Sequence record: PP558327
Direction: 5' to 3' (one strand)
DNA from: Escherichia phage FCWL1
DNA: 49,336 nucleotides
The notes beneath the pieces were generated by a model, which saw only the letters and a program-made list of their open reading frames with translations, did not search any database and was not told the DNA's origin. Shown here piece after piece: positions 43,363-49,336 of the stretch. A program made the translations under genes and the position numbers. The stretch's first letter is position 1. The number at the start of each line of letters is the position of its first letter.

Positions 43363-44935
43363 ATCAATGTTTAATATTAAGCCAAAACTGAATTACCAAC
43401 AGATTATTGAGATCGCCAATAGCACTGGAGTTAATCCGGTGGCGATCGCAATTCGTGAAAACAGCTATGGTGACTCAGTTTCATTTTGGCAAGATCCGAT
43501 CGATATCAATAGCGGCAACGATAAGTTCCCTCTGATTTCGTTAGGTGGCGATAACCTGGTATTCGAATATGCAAAAGCAAAAGCTGAATCAGTCCAGTTC
43601 CCGGTTTCATCCGCGTATGCTCATTTTATAGGTTGCATCTCAGCCGCGATGCTCGGGAAGTTTTGGGTGCAATATCACGGAGAGGAACAGCCGACCGCGC
43701 TTTACATGGTAATCAGCCAGCCACCATCAACAGGTAAGTCCGCGATTAACTCAGCGGCGATTACACCTATGCGTGCGGAGATTCAGCGACTGAATGAAGA
43801 GCGCAAAAAGGAACGTATTCGTTTAACCAGTCAGCTACGCCAGGTTGAGAAGGAAATCAAGAATGATCCTAAAGGAAACACGACTGCGGCACTATGCGAG
43901 GACAAAGAAAAACTGGAAGAGAAGATCAAAAAGATGGCTGATATTGTTTTTGCTGTATCAGATCCTACACCTGAAGGTCTTGCGAAAGTAGCCGCTGTTC
44001 AGGGCCACTTTTCCGTAATTTCTGATGAGGCAACGGCAATCAATACATTGCTCGGTCTTACGTATGGAGGTTCAGATAAGAAATCTAACAGTGAGCTTAT
44101 TCTTAAGGCGTGGGATAAAAACCATATGGAGGTCGCTCGCTCCAATCAGGACAACAACTTGTCTCTTTGCCCGGTTGGCTCGATCTGCGTAATTGCGCAG
44201 GATGAAACAATCAAAGGTATCATGGACGCAGGCCAACGAGGTATCGGTGTATCTGAGCGCTTCCTGTTAGTTCGCGAGGAACCGCTTTTAGGTACTCGTA
44301 TTCTTTGTGATGAAAATGGTGATGCATTGTATAAAGAAGTCGATCGAGGACTGGTTAGCAAATATTACAGACTCGTTCACAACATCATGAAGGAGGAAAA
44401 CGTTGTTCTCTCTGTAAGCCGTAATGCTATGCGTGAATTAAACCTTGCGCGTCAGGCGATGGAACCGGATTTCGCCGCAGGTGGGAAATACTCTCACTCA
44501 ATGCTACGCGGTCATCTCGGCAAGTTCGATAAGCACGCCTTGCGTATTGCTTCAGTTCTCCACACGATCAAGAATTGGGAGGGTGAATCACCGAACCGTT
44601 CCAACCGTGAGATTGACCTTGAAACAATGCAGGAAGCAATCATGATCTTCAATGAGCTTTCCAGGACTTATCTGTCGTCTGCCAGCGCTGCCGGGTATGC
44701 TGGTGATGAGGCTGAATCTCGTAAGCTGATTGATGTTATCACTGAGATCGCGAAGAAAAACAAAGGCCGCGCACCTATTCATAGCATCGTTGCAAAGTGC
44801 CGGAACGTTACGCCTTTCAACGGTCAACAGAAAGTATCTGAGCGAATCGATAGTCTTCTTATCACGCTCGAAGAGATGAACTACACTTGCCGGATTGATG
44901 ATATTGTTTTCATTAATCCTCGGCTGATGGGTTAA
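43271..44935 (+). CDS. large protein with deviant P-loop (QPPSTGKS), possible NTPase
   Basis: 554 aa; Walker A-like STGKS and hydrophobic-Asp Walker B-like IVFAVSD; start may be the internal ATG near 43367. Confidence 0.4.
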   Translation: MMKICLANVETLIDRNVELCARLQLTKEEFESMFNIKPKLNYQQIIEIANSTGVNPVAIAIRENSYGDSVSFWQDPIDINSGNDKFPLISLGGDNLVFEYAKAKAESVQFPVSSAYAHFIGCISAAMLGKFWVQYHGEEQPTALYMVISQPPSTGKSAINSAAITPMRAEIQRLNEERKKERIRLTSQLRQVEKEIKNDPKGNTTAALCEDKEKLEEKIKKMADIVFAVSDPTPEGLAKVAAVQGHFSVISDEATAINTLLGLTYGGSDKKSNSELILKAWDKNHMEVARSNQDNNLSLCPVGSICVIAQDETIKGIMDAGQRGIGVSERFLLVREEPLLGTRILCDENGDALYKEVDRGLVSKYYRLVHNIMKEENVVLSVSRNAMRELNLARQAMEPDFAAGGKYSHSMLRGHLGKFDKHALRIASVLHTIKNWEGESPNRSNREIDLETMQEAIMIFNELSRTYLSSASAAGYAGDEAESRKLIDVITEIAKKNKGRAPIHSIVAKCRNVTPFNGQQKVSERIDSLLITLEEMNYTCRIDDIVFINPRLMG

Positions 44936-44992
44936 CACAATAAACTCCTTGGTTGACGGTGTAAATGATACACCGCCAATGGTACACGCGTT

Positions 44993-45007
44993 TTGCAAAA
45001 AGTGCTA
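44993..45007. promoter_or_regulatory. palindrome TTGCA-AAAAG-TGCTA abutting start codon of 45012 gene
   Basis: Operator-like site ends 4 nt before ATG; no canonical SD. Confidence 0.4.
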
Positions 45008-45011
45008 TTGG

Positions 45012-45428
45012 ATGAAATCCATCAAACTTAAATGTACTTCCGCAGATAAAATCACAGGATTTGAAGTAAACAACCTGTACAAAGGTCGTGAGCGCTATGA
45101 TGGCACTCGCGAAGTAAAATTAAAATGCGGAAAGTATTTAAAACTTGAAAAGCATGATGAATTACAGATTCACGGATCTGATGAAATCTTCTTCGCGAAG
45201 TTCGCTGAGTTGAAAACAAAGACGCTCAAGTGCACCGGGCTTGACCATCGTAATCCGATGAAAAAATCATTCAAACTTGGCAAGCGTTACCAGGTGGAAA
45301 GCGGTCGCGCTCTCGGCGGCGTAGCTGGTTATATTTTTGATGAGGATGGTTGTCGTTGGACATTGTTTCGCGAAGAGATCGGTTTTAGCATAGCTGACGG
45401 CACAACCTTTGAGGCCAAATACTTATAA
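45012..45428 (+). CDS. protein with two copies of the KxxC repeat domain
   Basis: IKLKCTSADKITGFEVNNLYKG and KTLKCTGLD...KLGKRYQV...YIFDEDG match the 4167/7312/41137 pattern. Confidence 0.45.
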   Translation: MKSIKLKCTSADKITGFEVNNLYKGRERYDGTREVKLKCGKYLKLEKHDELQIHGSDEIFFAKFAELKTKTLKCTGLDHRNPMKKSFKLGKRYQVESGRALGGVAGYIFDEDGCRWTLFREEIGFSIADGTTFEAKYL

Positions 45429-45492
45429 TGCGTTAGCTCCTGATTGGTTATCTTGAATAAGGTCACTTTATCAAATGACCTTACGGCAATAT

Positions 45493-45507
45493 TAACAAAT
45501 CGTGCTA
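45493..45507. promoter_or_regulatory. palindrome TAACA-AATCG-TGCTA abutting ATG 45509
   Basis: Operator-like site ends 1 nt before start codon. Confidence 0.4.
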
Positions 45508-45508
45508 T

Positions 45509-45721
45509 ATGGAACAGGATAATTTCTGGACTCGTTATTTTGCAGCGCTCGATGCCGGGCTTGGTGCGGAATGGTGTATCAAGGTTGCATATAAAGAAAT
45601 TACGCTTGACGACGCGCTAGGGAATATGGATATGGACGCAGAAAGTGAATATAATCCCGACTTCGATATGCCAGGCGATGATACTGGTGATAATGACGAC
45701 GACGATTATATTCCCTGGTAA
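45509..45721 (+). CDS. small highly acidic protein with SSB-tail-like C-terminus (DDDDYIPW)
   Basis: 70 aa, about 30% Asp/Glu; C-terminal DDDDYIPW resembles SSB tip DDDIPF. Confidence 0.45.
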   Translation: MEQDNFWTRYFAALDAGLGAEWCIKVAYKEITLDDALGNMDMDAESEYNPDFDMPGDDTGDNDDDDYIPW

Positions 45722-45724
45722 TAA

Positions 45725-45949
45725 ATGAGCATTAAAGTTGAGAATATCATCAAGCATCTTAACGCAAAAGGCCGTGTAGTTATCAAGATGGATAAGTCTT
45801 CCGGTTTTATTTCAATGACGGTAACTAAGACGCGTAACGGAAATAGCGTTATCGGAAGTGTACCGGGATCTCGACTGATAAATGCAACAGATGCGGATGT
45901 TCGCGCAACGCTTGAGGATAACTCGATTTACATTAATTCATGGAGCTAA
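45725..45949 (+). CDS. hypothetical protein (74 aa)
   Basis: ORF 3 nt after previous stop. Confidence 0.4.
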   Translation: MSIKVENIIKHLNAKGRVVIKMDKSSGFISMTVTKTRNGNSVIGSVPGSRLINATDADVRATLEDNSIYINSWS

Positions 45950-46011
45950 TTTTAATTCCTTTGTTTTGTTTGGTGTGTGAGTAATATACCTTACTCACTA
46001 TTTATTGTCTT

Positions 46012-46026
46012 TAGCAATTAGTGCTA
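46012..46026. promoter_or_regulatory. palindrome TAGCA-ATTAG-TGCTA abutting ATG 46027
   Basis: Perfect half-sites; preceded by 8-bp hairpin GTGAGTAA/TTACTCAC. Confidence 0.4.
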
Positions 46027-46347
46027 ATGAACCACACTTATAAAATCACAACGAAGTCACCGAAGATTAACGGAAGCACGGTTGCGGCGCTTAATAACGC
46101 GGCAGCAATCCACGAAAAAAACATCATGGAGCGCGTGAAGGCGGCAGTAGGCCGATTCTATGGAATCAACGCCGACATTGCTGACAGCAAGCGACTGTTC
46201 AAATACGTGCCAGGTCATCCATATAGCCGGATGATTGATATTAAGCATGATAAAGAACTGGTTCGAATAGGTTCGCTTAGCATTGACGAGTTTGACCATA
46301 GCATTAACCTTGTGACGGCGTATCAAACCTGGGACGGTAAAAAATGA
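46027..46347 (+). CDS. hypothetical protein (106 aa)
   Basis: ATG immediately after palindrome. Confidence 0.4.
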   Translation: MNHTYKITTKSPKINGSTVAALNNAAAIHEKNIMERVKAAVGRFYGINADIADSKRLFKYVPGHPYSRMIDIKHDKELVRIGSLSIDEFDHSINLVTAYQTWDGKK

Positions 46348-46503
46348 TTTATATTCACACTTTCTATACTGGCAAATTTAACAGCGTAAAAAATGTTCGC
46401 GTTTACGATAGTCACCAAAAAGCAATGATGCAGAAAGTAGTTCTAGGTGGAACAATCAAGGAGTGCCAAGTAATTTCCGAGTACTGATATTCCCCCTAAC
46501 CAG

Positions 46504-46875
46504 ATGCTTAAACAATTCGTAGACCTGGACTTCTCAGCAAGCACAGCAATCCAGACTGACGAGAAAGAGAACGTAGCGATCGAGAACATTGCGCGCAAGA
46601 TTTACAACAAGCAAGAGAAGGCAGTGAGAGCCGCTCTAAGCGCTTATTACGGTGTAAGTGATGCAATGGAGTGCGTGAACCGAGTAACGCGCGTGGCGGA
46701 CCATTCTGGCGCGTCTCGTTTCGTAGATAACGATACTGGAGAGATGATAATCCAGCTTAACAATCCATCAATGCGCACTGAACTTGGCAATATTGCATTG
46801 TGGGGTGTGGCTAACTACTCAATCACCGTCAACTCCTGCATTGCGGGTCGCGTCAAGGAGGCATTATATGAGTGA
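46504..46875 (+). CDS. hypothetical protein (123 aa)
   Basis: ORF; weak resemblance to 46027 product. Confidence 0.4.
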   Translation: MLKQFVDLDFSASTAIQTDEKENVAIENIARKIYNKQEKAVRAALSAYYGVSDAMECVNRVTRVADHSGASRFVDNDTGEMIIQLNNPSMRTELGNIALWGVANYSITVNSCIAGRVKEALYE

Positions 46876-47068
46876 TAATATTTACCGCGTGGTTGCGATC
46901 TCACGCAGGACGCAAAAGAGCGTAGTTGCCTACATGGGAAATGGCGCAATTGAGGCAACAGACGCATTCGAGCTACTGAAGAATAACGAAGGATTTATGA
47001 ACACGTTCCGCGTTAGACTTGAGCGTCTTGAACCTGTTATCATTGATGAAGCGAGAAAGCTATCCTGA
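46868..47068 (+). CDS. hypothetical protein (66 aa)
   Basis: ATG overlapping upstream stop. Confidence 0.35.
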   Translation: MSDNIYRVVAISRRTQKSVVAYMGNGAIEATDAFELLKNNEGFMNTFRVRLERLEPVIIDEARKLS

Positions 47069-47127
47069 GGTGATTGCCTCGTTTTCTGTTGATGGGAGAA
47101 CTATAGCAGCCCTCCCGCATTTTCGTT

Positions 47128-47142
47128 TAGCAAAAAGTGCTA
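47128..47142. promoter_or_regulatory. palindrome TAGCA-AAAAG-TGCTA abutting ATG 47144
   Basis: Same sequence as site at 105-119. Confidence 0.4.
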
Positions 47143-47143
47143 T

Positions 47144-47329
47144 ATGAAAACAAAATTAGTTCATAAATCAGAAATCAAGATCGGCGATACCGTGATTCAC
47201 AACGGAGAGCTTAAAACTGTTGGCAAGGAGTCAATAACCAACGATGAATTTATGGGTCTGTTATTGTTCGGGGACTCCTATCGACTTGGTTACAAAATGG
47301 TTGAGCTTGTTGAAGATGTAAAATTCTAA
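47144..47329 (+). CDS. hypothetical protein (61 aa)
   Basis: ATG 1 nt after palindrome. Confidence 0.4.
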   Translation: MKTKLVHKSEIKIGDTVIHNGELKTVGKESITNDEFMGLLLFGDSYRLGYKMVELVEDVKF

Positions 47330-47357
47330 TTACTGGCCTGTTAAACCGATCGAGTTT

Positions 47358-47372
47358 TAACAAAAAATGCTA
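47358..47372. promoter_or_regulatory. palindrome TAACA-AAAAA-TGCTA containing ATG 47367
   Basis: Start codon lies inside the palindrome. Confidence 0.35.
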
Positions 47373-47726
47373 TCAGCAATCGCTTTGAAAAATCCACGAG
47401 GATATAAGGAACGTATCAGCTTCGTTTTGGCAGACTTGCCGCCCAGCTTGTTTTGCTGTGCAGAGTACCCGTCAGGCAGGCTTACAGGTTTTCTCTCGGG
47501 CATGACAAAATCGATGGAACCAAAATTTGAATGTGCCGTGCAATGCATTAGCGTTAGCACCGACAGCTTCACGAATCAATCAGTGTATGAGATCTACCTT
47601 ATTGATGGTGGGTACTTCGCTACTGACAATCAGCAAAATCAGATCGGCGTTTTCCGCTCAATGAATGGATGGGATCGCTTCCTGACCAATAACGGGCAGA
47701 CGGTATTCAAAGAGGTAACGAAATGA
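47367..47726 (+). CDS. hypothetical protein (119 aa)
   Basis: ORF; overlaps downstream gene by ATGA. Confidence 0.4.
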   Translation: MLSAIALKNPRGYKERISFVLADLPPSLFCCAEYPSGRLTGFLSGMTKSMEPKFECAVQCISVSTDSFTNQSVYEIYLIDGGYFATDNQQNQIGVFRSMNGWDRFLTNNGQTVFKEVTK

Positions 47727-48271
47727 AATTAATCTGGTCGCTATTTGACGGTTCCGGTCTTGCAGGTCATGAACTGGCTAAGCAAGGTCATAAGGTGATG
47801 TGCTTCAACTTTGACGGAGCCGATCACGGAGATTACGAAAAGTACAATGCCAGAGTGGAGCATCCGAACATTGAGTATGTGAACGTGTTCATTGATGAAA
47901 CGTTCGAACGTGATGCTATCGCTGGCGTGTATGGCAAGCCGGATTTCATTATGGCTTTCCCGCCGTGCACTGACCTGGCTGTTAGTGGTGCGCGACACTT
48001 TGCCAGCAAGCGTGAACGCGATCCGTTATTCCAGGAGAAGGCTGTCGCTAGTGCCCGGATTGCTGCGAACATTGGAGATAGCCTGGGCGTGACTTACATC
48101 ATTGAGAATCCGGTGAGCGCCCTGTCGTCTGCGTGGAGAAAACCAAATCACTCCTTCAATCCCTGGGAGTATGGCGGCTATCTTCCTGAGAATGACTCAC
48201 ACCCCTGGTTCCCGATGTATATTGCGCCGCGAGATGCTTACCCGAAGAAAACTTGTCTTTGGGACCTCTGA
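47723..48271 (+). CDS. truncated DNA cytosine-5 methyltransferase-like protein (182 aa)
   Basis: C5-MTase-like motif I LFDGSGLAG (FxGxG), motif IV-like FPPCTDLAVSG (PC), motif VI-like IIENP (ENV); too short to contain a target-recognition domain. Confidence 0.45.
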   Translation: MKLIWSLFDGSGLAGHELAKQGHKVMCFNFDGADHGDYEKYNARVEHPNIEYVNVFIDETFERDAIAGVYGKPDFIMAFPPCTDLAVSGARHFASKRERDPLFQEKAVASARIAANIGDSLGVTYIIENPVSALSSAWRKPNHSFNPWEYGGYLPENDSHPWFPMYIAPRDAYPKKTCLWDL

Positions 48272-48289
48272 TGCGTGATTCCTCTGATT

Positions 48290-48430
48290 GCTATAGTGAC
48301 TCTAGACAGCTAGACAAATGTTACACGGCTTAAAATTGGCTCGCAGGCATTGACAGCTCTACATCGCAATGTCACAATGGCAATTGTTGACACATTATGA
48401 CACCATTTACACACGAATAGACAAAGAGGG
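48290..48430. promoter_or_regulatory. third control region: tandem TTGACA promoter-like elements, imperfect palindrome TGTCACAATGGCAATTGTTGACA, TTACACAC/ATAGACA motifs
   Basis: TTGACA-17bp-CACAAT and second TTGACA; motifs shared with the 170-370 and 29750-30170 regions. Confidence 0.4.
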
Positions 48431-48451
48431 TATATTCGCTGATAGGTGAAA

Positions 48452-48494
48452 TAGCACTTTTTGTTAAAGCCCGGTCGAGCGGATCGGGTATTAT
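48452..48494 (+). promoter_or_regulatory. promoter cassette (TAGCA-CTTTT-TGTTA, hairpin, TATTAT)
   Basis: 22-bp spacer with CCCGGTCGAGCGGATCGGG hairpin; RBS CAGAGGAAT; gene at 48527. Confidence 0.5.
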
Positions 48495-48526
48495 CTTCTC
48501 ATTGACACGATACAGAGGAATCGAAG

Positions 48527-48721
48527 ATGGAAACGCAAATTGACGTAGTGGTTGTTCAGCGAGACTCAACTCATGAAAAGGGTCTGTTCAAGAAAGGAAC
48601 CGAAATCACGATCGACCTTGAGGATATGGTTGCGTATCACTCTGGCCTCACTTGGAACGTGGTGCGCGTAGGCAGCGACTACAAACTCAAAGGCTTTAAC
48701 ACTTACTTTGCGGAGGTTTAA
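48527..48721 (+). CDS. hypothetical protein (64 aa)
   Basis: ORF after promoter cassette. Confidence 0.45.
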   Translation: METQIDVVVVQRDSTHEKGLFKKGTEITIDLEDMVAYHSGLTWNVVRVGSDYKLKGFNTYFAEV

Positions 48722-48723
48722 TT

Positions 48724-49194
48724 ATGGCGACAATTACCGTATTTCTTGCTAAAGATGAGCTTGATGGCGAAATGTCATTCTTCGCGTTTGAGCATAAAAC
48801 CGGCTCGCACTGGCACACTTACAGCCATTACACGGTTATCTCAATCGAAGCGTACGACGGCGAACTGCTCACTGATAAACTGAGTAATTTCATTGAAGCC
48901 GTTAAAGCTAGCGGCGGCTGCGAGTGGAAGGAAGATCACGAAGTTATGCGAATGTTTGAGATGGTCAATCCGGTTCGCCTTGAGTCGTTCGAGCTTGATG
49001 CTAATGTGACTATCAAGGTGAGAAAGTCGGGTGAGTTATTGCCAGGGATGCGTGTACTGACTGGTTACTCTGGCCGTAAGGTGTGGCGCACTGTATCCAA
49101 GATTCGCCAGCGCTCGGCAACATGCTATAGCGTATTCTTTGATGATGGTTGGAATATGATGTCCGGTAGTGAGGTAAAGTATCTCACCAAATAG
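48724..49194 (+). CDS. hypothetical protein (156 aa)
   Basis: ORF 3 nt after previous stop. Confidence 0.5.
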   Translation: MATITVFLAKDELDGEMSFFAFEHKTGSHWHTYSHYTVISIEAYDGELLTDKLSNFIEAVKASGGCEWKEDHEVMRMFEMVNPVRLESFELDANVTIKVRKSGELLPGMRVLTGYSGRKVWRTVSKIRQRSATCYSVFFDDGWNMMSGSEVKYLTK

Positions 49195-49235
49195 GTTGAT
49201 GAGGTGAATCATACCCGATCGGCAGGACTGATGTG

Positions 49236-49250
49236 TGGCAAAAAATGCTA
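49236..49250. promoter_or_regulatory. palindrome-like site TGGCA-AAAAA-TGCTA near window end
   Basis: Matches dispersed operator-like motif; may belong to the control region continuing at window start if genome is circularly permuted. Confidence 0.3.
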
Positions 49251-49336
49251 TTCCAATAGTTGCTCATTATTCCACCAGCAATGGAATATCTGGAATAATT
49301 GCGATCCCGATTGATCTAGAATGATGAAATGTGATT

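Noticed and set aside
1125-48494. Reading TTGCTA/TTGTTA in the right half of the palindrome as a sigma70 -35 hexamer
   Set aside because: Distance to the -10-like hexamer is about 22 bp in every cassette, outside the 16-18 bp sigma70 spacer range; the palindrome is better explained as an activator/operator site centred near -42.
1-49336. Temperate/prophage features (integrase, CI/Cro switch, attachment site)
   Set aside because: No tyrosine/serine recombinase motifs and no divergent repressor pair found; gene content points to a virulent phage.

Overview
The window reads as a complete or near-complete genome of a virulent, T1-like siphovirus (tailed dsDNA phage of Enterobacteria); no integrase, CI-type repressor, tRNA or CRISPR array was found. 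Almost all genes are on the + strand, in three blocks that each follow a large AT-rich intergenic control region (1-377, 29739-30200, 48272-48526). Block 1 (378-8236) is small early genes, including a HAD phosphatase and a P-loop nucleotide kinase. Block 2 (8321-29423) is the packaging, head and lambda-like tail module: small and large terminase, portal, head morphogenesis protein, scaffold, two paralogous decoration-like proteins, major capsid, connector proteins, major tail, G/GT chaperones with a -1 frameshift site, tape measure, M/L/K/I-like tail tip proteins and a J-like central fibre. A single antisense lipoprotein gene (29445-29672, Cor/Llp-like) follows. Block 3 (30201-49194) holds recombination and replication genes (PD-(D/E)XK exonuclease, ERF, SSB, primase, SF2 helicase, VRR-NUC, Dam methyltransferase), a side tail fibre with a C-terminal intramolecular chaperone domain, an HTH-metallophosphoesterase, the lysis cassette (pinholin-like holin, SAR endolysin, unimolecular spanin) and many small unknown ORFs including a truncated C5-methyltransferase-like protein. 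The most striking non-coding signal is a 15-bp palindrome TAGCA-N5-TGCTA present in more than 20 intergenic copies, twelve of them in a fixed-geometry promoter cassette. All family assignments are from motifs read by eye; no database search was run. Hand-derived motif coordinates are +/-2 nt.
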